Assembly: GCA_038200165.1 (NCBI GenBank)
Contig: JBBPYF010000046.1
Location: 11,871-75,870, forward strand
Direction: 5' to 3'
DNA from: Chthoniobacterales bacterium
GTDB taxonomy: Bacteria > Verrucomicrobiota > Verrucomicrobiia > Chthoniobacterales > UBA10450
Length of the DNA: 64,000 nt
Position numbers and translations under genes: made by a program. Under the pieces are notes generated by a model that ran no database searches, was not told where the DNA came from, and saw only the letters and a list, made by a program, of their open reading frames with translations. Positions 36,919 through 45,575 of this stretch are shown here, piece after piece. Each line of letters opens with the position of its first letter. The first letter of the stretch is position 1.

Positions 36919-36993
36919 GCCACAGATTAACACGGATGAAACACAGATGATTTTGCTTCCGAAAATCTGTGTGCATCTGTGTGCATCTGTGGC
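36919..36993. repeat. Family-C 'CACAGAT' element
   Basis: Outer 9-bp inverted repeat gccacagat / atctgtggc, inner cacagatgatttt..aaaatctgtgtg, and the direct repeat gtgcatctgt x2 (36971-36990). Confidence 0.7.
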
Positions 36994-37007
36994 TTAAGTC
37001 AGCGCCG

Positions 37008-38615
37008 ATGCATTCCCGCCTCGCCATCGACGCGCTCGTTCTCGTCGCCTACTTCGCGGGCATCGTCGCGCTCGGTTTATGGGCCGGTCGCCGCAATCGA
37101 AATCTGGAAGATTTCTCCCTCGGCTCGCGCTCGATCCCGTGGTGGGCGGTGCTTGCCTCGATTATCGCTGCCGAAACTAGCGCCGCCACGTTTCTCGGCA
37201 CGCCGGCCGAAGGTTTCAAAACGCGAGGCTATTTTTACGGTCAGCTCGCCATCGGCACTGTGCTCGCGCGCATCATCATCGCCTTCACTTTTATCAAGCC
37301 CTACTACGCCTATCGCGTGCAGAGCGTTTACGAATTCCTGACCGTGCGCTTCGGCACGAAAACAAAAAACATGGCCAGCGGCATCTTCCTGTTCACGCGC
37401 GTGCTGGGCATCGGCGTCCGCCTTTATCTCGGTGGCGCGATCATGGTCGTGATCTGGCGTTATCTCTTTCCGTCATTGCCGGTGAATCTGAACACGTATG
37501 TCTGGGGCATTATTTTCGTTACTGTCATCACCACCATCTACACCGCCGTCGGCGGCATCAAAGCTGTCGTCTGGACCGATCTGATCCAGGCCATCTTGAT
37601 GTTCAGTTCGGTCATTTTCGCAATCGTTCTGCTGCTGCGGAACATCCCTGGCGGCTGGGAAACGGTGAAAACAAATCTCGGTGGCCTTGGAAACGTGAAA
37701 CTCTTCCAGACGGGCTGGAATGGCGCGCTGCCATTCGGCCCGGCGCTGAAAGCGATGCTGGAAGAACCGTACACCATCTTCGCCGCCTTCATCGGGTCCA
37801 CGCTCCTCACCATGGCGACGCACGGCACCGACCAGGACATGGTGCAGCGCATGTTAACCGCGCCCGACCCGCGCAAATCTCAGCTCTCTCTCATCCTTAG
37901 CGGCCTGATGGATTTGCCGATCGCGGCGGCGTTTCTCACCGTCGGCATTCTGCTTTCGGTCTACTATGCGGTCGTGCCCGATCCGACATTGCCCGCAGCC
38001 GACAATGAGATTTTCGGCCATTACATCGTGCGCGAGATGCCGGTCGTGATGCGCGGGCTCATCGTCGCCGGCGTGTTCGCCACGATGATGGGGTCGACCT
38101 CCGCGGCGCTCAACGCTCTCGCCACAAGTTTCACAAAAGATTTTTACCTCCCCTACATCAGCCCAGCCGCAACCGACCGTCAGGCCATTCGCGCGGCCCG
38201 CATCGCCACTGCCGTGTTCGGCGTTTTGATGATCCTGGTCGCGACCGTGGCGGCGAACGCCGTTCTGCACGACGCCAAGCTGACTATTATTCCGATTGCC
38301 ATCGGCATTCTGGGTTACACCTACGGGGCGCTGGTAGCCGTTTTTCTCCTGGGAATGCTGACGCGAACTCGCGGGCGCGACGGCCCCAATGTCATCGCCA
38401 TGATTTGCGGCATCGTTTCCGTACTCGTGCTGTGCAAAGTCTCGATTCCGGGCACGGGTCTGAACTTCGGCGCATTCATGCCGGTGTGGTGGCCGAGCAT
38501 CTCGTGGCCATGGTTTGTCTTTGTCGGCTGCGTCGTGACGCTGGCCATCAGTGTTCTTTTCCGCACGCCGCAGACTCAAATCGCAGCTGCCGAAGCACAC
38601 ATCGCCAAAGCATGA
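37008..38615 (+). CDS. Sodium:solute symporter family transporter
   Basis: About 13 TM helices with GGIKAVVWTDLIQ and HGTDQDMVQRMLT motifs of the SSF family. ATG 37008 preferred. Confidence 0.85.
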   Translation: MHSRLAIDALVLVAYFAGIVALGLWAGRRNRNLEDFSLGSRSIPWWAVLASIIAAETSAATFLGTPAEGFKTRGYFYGQLAIGTVLARIIIAFTFIKPYYAYRVQSVYEFLTVRFGTKTKNMASGIFLFTRVLGIGVRLYLGGAIMVVIWRYLFPSLPVNLNTYVWGIIFVTVITTIYTAVGGIKAVVWTDLIQAILMFSSVIFAIVLLLRNIPGGWETVKTNLGGLGNVKLFQTGWNGALPFGPALKAMLEEPYTIFAAFIGSTLLTMATHGTDQDMVQRMLTAPDPRKSQLSLILSGLMDLPIAAAFLTVGILLSVYYAVVPDPTLPAADNEIFGHYIVREMPVVMRGLIVAGVFATMMGSTSAALNALATSFTKDFYLPYISPAATDRQAIRAARIATAVFGVLMILVATVAANAVLHDAKLTIIPIAIGILGYTYGALVAVFLLGMLTRTRGRDGPNVIAMICGIVSVLVLCKVSIPGTGLNFGAFMPVWWPSISWPWFVFVGCVVTLAISVLFRTPQTQIAAAEAHIAKA

Positions 38616-39081
38616 TCAACTGCGGACCAGCTGCCACTGCTCGGCCAATCCGCGACGCGCGACCTCGTCGTCGAGCAATGCGAGATCGACATCTGTTACC
38701 GCGAGCATCCCGGGAATATCGCGAAGATGTTTCTCGCCCTCGCGAAAAAATTCCAGCTTGGAAATGATCACGTATTCTGGCGGGGCGATGAAAACAGGCA
38801 CATCCGATCGTCTCATGATGGATGAGATTGAAGTGGCCGCGCTCTGGTCTGCTTGCTTCCTGCTCGATGACATCGGGAGGCGGACAATAAAAATGGCGCT
38901 CGTCGAAAAAGCGCGAAAAACGATTTGCGTGCGGCCTCTGAATTAAGGCGATTGCGTCAATGTCGTGCGTGGTCCGAAACTCGCCGTAGGCGTTCGATGC
39001 AATCGATTCGACAGCAGCCCACGGCGCGCCGACCGCATTTAGCCCCGGCGCAAATATCGCGAGCGGATTAGCTCCAGGCAT
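38616..39081 (-). pseudogene. Nucleotidyltransferase-fold protein, frameshifted
   Basis: N part (from 39081): ..AAVESIASNAYGEFRTTHDIDAIALI..ERGHFNLIHHET. The plausible continuation ..DVPVFIAPPEYVIISKLEFFREGEKHLRDIPGML.. is in another frame (ORF 38616-38873). The frame switch is near 38805-38815. Confidence 0.55.
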
Positions 39082-39271
39082 TGCGCACGAATTCGCGCAG
39101 TGCGGCTGCGATCTGCTCCTCCGTTCAGTCGGGGTGTTCCACGCGAAGCATGATCGCGTGCAGCTCGCGCGCCTGCGCGATAAAGTTCAGGCTCAAATCG
39201 AGCCGGCGCTGCAGCGACATTTTTCGGAGCGCTTTCACCTGCTCGGGATGAAGGTCGCCTTCAACGAACAT
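39068..39271 (-). pseudogene. Small helical protein upstream of the nucleotidyltransferase, interrupted by an in-frame TGA
   Basis: Hand translation: MFVEGDLHPEQVKALRKMSLQRRLDLSLNFIAQARELHAIMLRVEHPD*TEEQIAAALREFVRNAWS*. The TGA is at 39125-39127. Confidence 0.4.
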
Positions 39272-39280
39272 AGCCCGAAA

Positions 39281-41062
39281 TTAGCCGAGCTTTGTTTGCG
39301 CCGCGAGCTTGAGTCCCAGTTCCCGCAACTGGCGCTCGTCAACTTCAGCCGGTGCCGCCGTCATCAGTTCCTGGGCGCGATTATTTTTGGGAAATGCCAT
39401 GACGTCGCGGATGGAATGCTCGCCGCAAAGGAGCATGACGATGCGGTCGAGGCCGAATGCGATGCCGCCGTGCGGTGGCGCGCCGAGACGGAAGGCGCGG
39501 AGCAAATGGCCGAACTTCGCCTGCTGTTCTTCCGCGCTGATGCCTAGGGCGCTGAACATTTTCGCCTGCAATTCCGGCTCGTGAATCCGGATGCTGCCGC
39601 CGCCGATCTCGACCCCATTTAGCACCACATCGTAAGCTTCGGCGCGGACTTCGCCGTAGCGTTTCTCCTCGAGCAACGGCAGGTCTTCCGTCTTGGGTCG
39701 CGTGAACGGGTGATGCACCGCGTTCCATTTGTTCTCCGCCGCGTCGAACTGCATGAGCGGGAAATCGGTCACCCAGAGCCAGTCGAGTTGCTCTGAACCA
39801 GCAGTGAATTTCTGAATTTCGGCGATGCGCAGCCGGATGCGGCCGAGCACTTCGCACGCGATCTCCCATTTGCCGGCGCCGAACAAAACCAGGTCGCCTT
39901 CTTCGATCTGAAGTTTGGATTGCAGCGCCGTCTTCTCAGCCTCCGAGAAAAATTTCACGATGGGCGATTTCCATTCGCCGTTCTCGACCTTGATGAAAGC
40001 GAGGCCTTTCGCGCCGAATGTCTTCGCGATGTTGGTGAGCTCATCGACCTGGCCGATGGTGATGCCGGCGAACTTTTTCGCGTTGATCGCTTTCACCACC
40101 CCGCTCTCCTCGAGCGCGCCGCGGAAGAGCTTGAACTCGCTCGCGCGAAAGACATCGGCGAGGTCGACCAGTTGCATGGCAAAACGCCGGTCGGGCTTGT
40201 CGCTGCCGAACGTATCGATCGCTTCGCGATAGCTCATGCGTGAAAATGGCGTCGGCACTTCCACGCCGCGGGCTTGACGGAAAATTGCGGCCAGCATTCC
40301 CTCGGTCAGCGCGTAAATGTCATCGGGCCGGATGAACGATGCTTCGATGTCGATCTGGGAAAATTCCGGCTGGCGATCGGCCCGCAGGTCTTCGTCGCGA
40401 AAAGCTTTGGCGATTTGGAAATATTTTTCCAAGCCTGCGACCATGAGCAGTTGTTTGTATTGCTGCGGCGCCTGGGGCAGGGCATAGAATTTCCCGGGCG
40501 CGAGCCGGCTAGGGACAAGGAAATCGCGCGCCCCTTCCGGCGTGCTGCGGCTTAGAATCGGAGTCTCCACTTCGACGAAACCCTGCGAGTCGAGATACTG
40601 CCGCGTCGCCTGAGTGGCGCGATGGCGGATGCGCAGATTGCGCGCGAGCCGCGGCCGGCGCAGATCGAAGTAACGATAGGTCAGCTCGAGATCTTCGTTG
40701 CTCAACTCGCTGTCGAGTTGGAAGGGAAGGTTCTCGGCGCGGTTGAGAATTGCGAGTTCATGCGGAATGACTTCGATTGCGCCGGTGGCGAGTTTCGGGT
40801 TTTCCGTTCCCGGCAAACGCGCGGCCACTCGGCCGGTGACCTGAAGGACGTCTTCGCCGCGCAGACTGTGCGATTGCTTTGCCACCTCCGCGTTTTCTTC
40901 CGGGCGAAAGACGATTTGCGTGAGACCTTCGCGATCGCGCAGGTCGATGAAAATGACGCCACCGTGATCGCGCGTGACGTTGACCCAGCCGGCGAGCTTG
41001 ACCTCGCGGCCAATGTCCGAAGAGCGCAATTCGTTGCAGTGGTGGGTGCGATAAGTCGTCAT
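39281..41062 (-). CDS. aspS: Aspartate--tRNA ligase
   Basis: RTHHCNELR, class II motifs FRDEDLRADRQPEF and GGIAFGLDRIVMLL. Confidence 0.97.
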   Translation of the reverse strand: MTTYRTHHCNELRSSDIGREVKLAGWVNVTRDHGGVIFIDLRDREGLTQIVFRPEENAEVAKQSHSLRGEDVLQVTGRVAARLPGTENPKLATGAIEVIPHELAILNRAENLPFQLDSELSNEDLELTYRYFDLRRPRLARNLRIRHRATQATRQYLDSQGFVEVETPILSRSTPEGARDFLVPSRLAPGKFYALPQAPQQYKQLLMVAGLEKYFQIAKAFRDEDLRADRQPEFSQIDIEASFIRPDDIYALTEGMLAAIFRQARGVEVPTPFSRMSYREAIDTFGSDKPDRRFAMQLVDLADVFRASEFKLFRGALEESGVVKAINAKKFAGITIGQVDELTNIAKTFGAKGLAFIKVENGEWKSPIVKFFSEAEKTALQSKLQIEEGDLVLFGAGKWEIACEVLGRIRLRIAEIQKFTAGSEQLDWLWVTDFPLMQFDAAENKWNAVHHPFTRPKTEDLPLLEEKRYGEVRAEAYDVVLNGVEIGGGSIRIHEPELQAKMFSALGISAEEQQAKFGHLLRAFRLGAPPHGGIAFGLDRIVMLLCGEHSIRDVMAFPKNNRAQELMTAAPAEVDERQLRELGLKLAAQTKLG

Positions 41063-41185
41063 TCTGGGCGAAGTCGAAGGAATTCGGTTCCGTCATCCCG
41101 AGCGAAGCCGAGGGATCCCGTCGCGCAAGCTTAAAGCTAACTTCACCGGGATCTCTCGACTTCGCTCCGCTCCGCTCGGGATGAC
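41058..41185. repeat. Composite family-A element (extra left half-arm plus a full copy)
   Basis: Half-arm gtcattctgggcgaagtcgaaggaattc at 41058-41090. Its CAT is the aspS start codon. The full copy gtcatcccgagcgaagccgagggatcccg ... gggatctctcgacttcgctccgctccgctcgggatgac (41092-41185) contains the last 14 hisS codons and its stop. Confidence 0.85.
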
Positions 41186-42420
41186 AAGCATTGCCGCGCG
41201 ATGTGCGCAAGCAACTGTTCGCGGGCAACGAGCACCTGTTCACCAGACGTGAGGTCCTTCACCGCGATCGCCGGCCATTCGTCACCGAACAAAATCGCCA
41301 GTCGCGCGCCCCGTGCTTCGGCAGTGTGGAACTGCTTTGGAATGTTCATCGCGTTGAGCGGATACTCGACACGCCAACCGTGGTCGCGCAGCTCTTGCAC
41401 AATCGCGCTGGCATCGGCGCGCCGATCGGGCTTGGCGATGACGGCGAAAATGTCGACCGCGCGATCGCTCGCGAGGGCGGATTCCATCTGAGCGCGAGCT
41501 GTTGGATTGGCGCGGATCATTTCACCGAGCACGACATCACCAATGGCAAAGCCGAGCGCGGGCAGCGACACGGCCCCGTCGCTAAGCTGCGAGACGAGTT
41601 GATCGTAGCGGCCGCCACCGGCGATGGCGCGAAATTTCCCGGCGCGATCGAACACTTCGAAAACGATGCCGGTGTAATAAGCGAGGCCGCGCACGATGCG
41701 CACGTCCACTTTGGCGAAATCAGCAAGACCCCGCGCGCGCAGGTTTTCGAGGATGCTGTTGAGCTTCGCGCTTTCGCCTCCCTTGGCCAGAATCCCGAAC
41801 ACCGGATCGGCCAATGCGCCGAGCTTCTCCGTCGTATTTTCGCGCGGCTCGCGCTCCGATTTGTCGATGGCCTGCAGCATTTCTTCCCAGCGTTCTTCCG
41901 GCACGCGTTCGCTCTTGAGAAACTCCGTCCAGAATTCCCGATCGGAAATTCTAACGACGAAATCCTTGGCGCTAAAACCAATGGCCCGGACGACATCGAT
42001 GACGAGCGCGATCAGTTCCGCATCCGCTTCGCGCGACGCTTCACCGATGATGTCGCAATTGAGTTGAAAATGTTCGCGCAACCGTCCGCGCTGCGGGCGC
42101 TCGTAACGAAAGACCTGCGGGATTGAGAACCATTTCAGCGGCTTGCGAAAATCGCGGTGATGCGTTGCGACGATGCGCGCCAGGGTGGGCGTCATTTCTG
42201 GGCGAAGCGCGACGGCGCGTTCACCTTTATCGACGAAATCGTAAAGTTGCCGCACGATTTCGTCGCCGGACTTCTTTTTGTAAAGGTCGAGCTCCTCGAG
42301 CAGCGGGCCATCAAACTCGACGAAGCCATAGCGGCGAGCGACCTCGCGCCATTTGGAAAAAATGTAGTTTCGCTCCGCGCAGGCCGCGGGCAGGAAATCA
42401 CGAAAGCCGGTGAGAGGCAT
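41143..42420 (-). CDS. hisS: Histidine--tRNA ligase
   Basis: GFRDFLP, FRYERPQRGRLREHFQ and AIAGGGRYD. ATG 42420 preferred over the tracked 42516. The C-terminal QCLSSRAERSEVERSR is element-derived. Confidence 0.95.
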   Translation of the reverse strand: MPLTGFRDFLPAACAERNYIFSKWREVARRYGFVEFDGPLLEELDLYKKKSGDEIVRQLYDFVDKGERAVALRPEMTPTLARIVATHHRDFRKPLKWFSIPQVFRYERPQRGRLREHFQLNCDIIGEASREADAELIALVIDVVRAIGFSAKDFVVRISDREFWTEFLKSERVPEERWEEMLQAIDKSEREPRENTTEKLGALADPVFGILAKGGESAKLNSILENLRARGLADFAKVDVRIVRGLAYYTGIVFEVFDRAGKFRAIAGGGRYDQLVSQLSDGAVSLPALGFAIGDVVLGEMIRANPTARAQMESALASDRAVDIFAVIAKPDRRADASAIVQELRDHGWRVEYPLNAMNIPKQFHTAEARGARLAILFGDEWPAIAVKDLTSGEQVLVAREQLLAHIARQCLSSRAERSEVERSR

Positions 42421-42507
42421 ACATCTAGCTGTGAATAAAGGCTGGGCTGGAAAAGTCGAAGCCCAGCACGACGGAGAGCATCCGTTTAACCAAAGCAAAG
42501 AACAAAC

Positions 42508-42930
42508 ATGAAACAAAACAGACTAATGAAAATCCTGGCGGCGGGAGCTGCTGGCGCGCTCGCTCTGGGCACAGTTTTCGCCCAGGAGAGCTCAACCACG
42601 ATGACCACCACTGCCCCGGGTGGCGAAAGCACCACCACCACTTCCACCGTCAGTGGCTCGGGCGTGATCACGGCCTACACGCCGGGATCGGATTACATCT
42701 CATTCCGCTCCGAGACAAGCGCGGCCCCGGCGAAGTATTATTACACAAAGAAGACTGTGCTGGTGGACCCTGACGGGCGCACGGTCGAATGGTCGGCGCT
42801 CAAACCCGAGATGCCGGTGACCTACACCTACGTGAAAGAGGGCGATCGCATGGTGGTAACCAAAGTCACCCTGGCGAAACCGGTGGTGACGGAGAAGGAG
42901 ACCACGACGACGACGACGACTCATCCCTAA
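42508..42930 (+). CDS. Hypothetical secreted Thr-rich protein
   Basis: Signal peptide MKILAAGAAGALALGTVFAQ, with Thr-rich stretches at both ends. Followed by a clear terminator. Confidence 0.5.
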   Translation: MKQNRLMKILAAGAAGALALGTVFAQESSTTMTTTAPGGESTTTTSTVSGSGVITAYTPGSDYISFRSETSAAPAKYYYTKKTVLVDPDGRTVEWSALKPEMPVTYTYVKEGDRMVVTKVTLAKPVVTEKETTTTTTTHP

Positions 42931-42960
42931 AAACGGTTGTTGCTCCTCAGAAGGAGATTT

Positions 42961-42993
42961 GCGCCCGCCAGGTTCCTGTCGGGCGCTTTTTTT
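42961..42993 (+). terminator. Rho-independent terminator
   Basis: gcgcccg-ccaggttcctgt-cgggcgc followed by T7. Confidence 0.75.
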
Positions 42994-43155
42994 GCCGTCC
43001 GACCGAGGCTTTGCGGAATCGCGATGGCTCTATGTGTTTACTATCGCCTGTGATTGCGACCGAAGTGAGGAATGTCTAGCTGTTTGTGCAAAGCAAATAA
43101 TCAGAGATGTCTCCCGCCGCGGCGGGTAACTGTTCCGCTTGACATGACAAGAAGT

Positions 43156-44274
43156 CTACGCGTCTGGCTCGGCCAGCTCTGCGTCGGTGAAATCGGTGCG
43201 GGCGTCGAAGTAGAGAAGGACGAACGCAATTCCAAAAAGCGGTCGCACGAGCGCGTGCAGCAGGCTGGCGACGACGGCGCTCGCGATCAACATCGCGTCT
43301 GGTGTTTTCGCCGCATTAAGGGTTTGCAGGACGCCAAGCATCTGTTCGGGAGAAGAGACGTTCTGCAATTTCGAGAGCACGAAGGGAACTTCGGCGCCGG
43401 AGCTGAGCCCAAGCACAAGAAGCAGCCAAAGCGAGGCGAGAAGTGCGCCACGCCAGAGCGGACGGTCGCGTTTTTGCGCGCGGCGCTGGCTGCGGGCGAG
43501 CGTTTTGCTTTCGTAAATGACGGCTGTGCCATCCAGGTTTGAAACAACAGCGGATTGCTGCCAGAAGAGAAAGTTCACGAAGAGACGCGCCACCATCATG
43601 ACCTGAATGGCAAGGAGCCCGAGCGCGAGCAGGATCGCGGGAATCGTCGGGCTCGCGGTGATGAGACTGAGGATGGCGAGGATGGGAATCGCGGTCCAAA
43701 AAAAGTAGCTGCCGTAAACGATGAGGCCGAGCCGCGCGAAACGCGGAAAGAAATTCGCGGCGCGCCGGAGTAATTCCCGCACGTGGACTTTGCGTCCTTC
43801 GAGCACGTCGAGCGAGGCGATTTGAATGCCGGCGAGAAAAATTGGCCAATTGATGACAACAAGCACGGCCGCGAGCAGAGCAACGAGATTGGCGGGAGTG
43901 AGACCCGCTGCGCTGGGGCTGCGCGGAAAGATTCCGTAGGCCGGCGACGTTAGCTCAAAGGCGAAGGTCGGTATCGCCACCAGCAACGCGACGCAGAAAA
44001 ACGGCAGGAAGGCTGATCGGTAAATGCGAAAGCTGTCGCGAATGATTTCGCCAAATGTGCGGCGACGGGCGAGCGGATGCCGGTTGGTCGGCGGCAGCGG
44101 CGGTGGCGCGAATAAGCCGGGAACGGCGGCGGCCGTAGTCCAGGCGGTGTCTGTGTCGCGACGGACTTCGTTTGAAGGGAGGAGGCGCCCTTCGCCTTTC
44201 CATTCCGCGAGCGTATCGAGCCCGACGGGGCCATATTCCTTTCCCTCGACGCGCACGATCCATTCCTCCGGCAT
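43156..44274 (-). CDS. GYF_2 (DUF4339)-domain membrane protein
   Basis: N-terminus EWIVRVEGKEYGPVGLDTLAEWKGEGRLLPSNEVRRDTDTAWTTAAAVPGLF, followed by about 6 TM helices. Confidence 0.6.
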   Translation of the reverse strand: MPEEWIVRVEGKEYGPVGLDTLAEWKGEGRLLPSNEVRRDTDTAWTTAAAVPGLFAPPPLPPTNRHPLARRRTFGEIIRDSFRIYRSAFLPFFCVALLVAIPTFAFELTSPAYGIFPRSPSAAGLTPANLVALLAAVLVVINWPIFLAGIQIASLDVLEGRKVHVRELLRRAANFFPRFARLGLIVYGSYFFWTAIPILAILSLITASPTIPAILLALGLLAIQVMMVARLFVNFLFWQQSAVVSNLDGTAVIYESKTLARSQRRAQKRDRPLWRGALLASLWLLLVLGLSSGAEVPFVLSKLQNVSSPEQMLGVLQTLNAAKTPDAMLIASAVVASLLHALVRPLFGIAFVLLYFDARTDFTDAELAEPDA

Positions 44275-44287
44275 GCCGAGATGTTAC

Positions 44288-44398
44288 GTCATCGCGGGCG
44301 AAGTCGAGTGGTTGTCTTCCGAGCGCAAGCCGAGGGATCCCCGCCACGATAACTTTGAGGTGACTTCCGCGGGATCCCTCGACTTTGCTCGGGATGAC
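44288..44398. repeat. Composite family-A element (extra left half-arm plus a full copy)
   Basis: gtcatcgcgggcgaagtcgagtggtt, then gtcttccgagcgcaagccgagggatcccc ... gggatccctcgactttgctcgggatgac. Same composite layout as 41058-41185. Confidence 0.85.
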
Positions 44399-44448
44399 AA
44401 CGGGAGCGCTTGCCCTTTAGACGCGCGACGGAATAGTTTCGGGCGGGC

Positions 44449-45363
44449 ATGAAGCTGCTGCTGATCGACGGCCACTATTACGTTTACCGTTCCTTTTTCG
44501 CCATCCAGGGGCTGAGCAACTCGCGCGGCGAGCCGACGAACGCGATCTTCGGTTTCACAAAAACGGTGCGGTTGATGATGAAGCATCTTCAGCCGGAATT
44601 GGGCGCAATTTTCTGGGATGAAGGTCTGCCGCAGCGGCGGGTCGAGTTGCAACCCGCATACAAAGAGACACGCAAAGAAATGCCGTCGCCGATGATCCCG
44701 CAGCTCGATTTCATCCGCAACACGCTCACGCCGCTGCTCGGCTTCACCAACATCGCGCTGCCGGACACGGAAGCCGATGATTTGATGGGCTGCTATTCGA
44801 TCGCGGCATGCAAAGAAAACGTCGAGGTGATTCTTGCGACGAATGATAAGGATTTGTATCAGCTCGTCGGGCCGTGCGTGAAAGTTTACAGCACGGCCAA
44901 AGCTGATCTGGCCTCAGCGAAAGAGGCGTTCGCGTTGCTGGGCGAAGAGGAAGTGACGCGCAAATGGGAGGTGCCGCCGAAGTTGATCGGCGATGTGCTC
45001 GCGATTTCAGGGGACACCGTCGATAATATCCCCGGCGTGGGCATTGGCCGTAAAGTGGCGGCGGCGCTCGTGCGCGAACATGGCGGGCTCGACGCGCTCC
45101 TGGCGAATGTCGACTCGGTCAAAAGCGTCAAAACGCGGGAGAAATTGCGCAATGACCAGGAACAGATTCTGCAGAACCGCAAAATGGTGCAACTGGACTG
45201 CGACACCGAACTGCCGTTCGCGATCGATCAGCTGCGCATCCGGCCCGACTATCCGCGGCTGATCGAGGCGCTGGAGAAGTGCGAGTTCAAGTCGCTGCTG
45301 CAGGAAGTGCGCGAGGAAGCGGACCGGCAGGCCGCACGCGCACAAGGCGAGCTCGCTCTTTGA
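44449..45363 (+). CDS. Stand-alone 5'-3' exonuclease / flap endonuclease (Pol I N-terminal domain type)
   Basis: LLLIDGHYYVYRSFFA, EADDLMG, ATNDKDLYQL and the H3TH motif GDTVDNIPGVGIG. No polymerase domain follows. Confidence 0.85.
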   Translation: MKLLLIDGHYYVYRSFFAIQGLSNSRGEPTNAIFGFTKTVRLMMKHLQPELGAIFWDEGLPQRRVELQPAYKETRKEMPSPMIPQLDFIRNTLTPLLGFTNIALPDTEADDLMGCYSIAACKENVEVILATNDKDLYQLVGPCVKVYSTAKADLASAKEAFALLGEEEVTRKWEVPPKLIGDVLAISGDTVDNIPGVGIGRKVAAALVREHGGLDALLANVDSVKSVKTREKLRNDQEQILQNRKMVQLDCDTELPFAIDQLRIRPDYPRLIEALEKCEFKSLLQEVREEADRQAARAQGELAL

Positions 45364-45440
45364 GTAACTATTTTCGATAAAAGCTCATAATTTTCTGAAC
45401 GCAGCGGCAACCCCGCTTGTCGAATAGACTAGGTTAAGGC

Positions 45441-45510
45441 GATTCGGGTAGCCGCACGTTGTTTGTATTTGCTGTTTCTCCGTGGCGTGCGCTGCCCGAA
45501 TCTTTTTTTT
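45441..45510 (+). terminator. Long-stem rho-independent terminator
   Basis: gattcgggtagccgcacg ... cgtgcgctgcccgaatc (about 16 bp with two irregularities, ~27-nt loop) followed by T8 at 45503-45510. It lies 78 nt downstream of the exonuclease stop. Confidence 0.65.
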
Positions 45511-45575
45511 GCCGGGGCTGAGCGCGAATTTTTTCGTAAGTCAGGCATTTTGCCTGAGTTACGTGCGTTGCACAC

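Noticed and set aside
45364-45575. A purine/guanine riboswitch upstream of guanine deaminase.
   Set aside because: I could not find the conserved three-way junction or loop sequences of the purine riboswitch. The structures present look like a terminator plus a simple hairpin.
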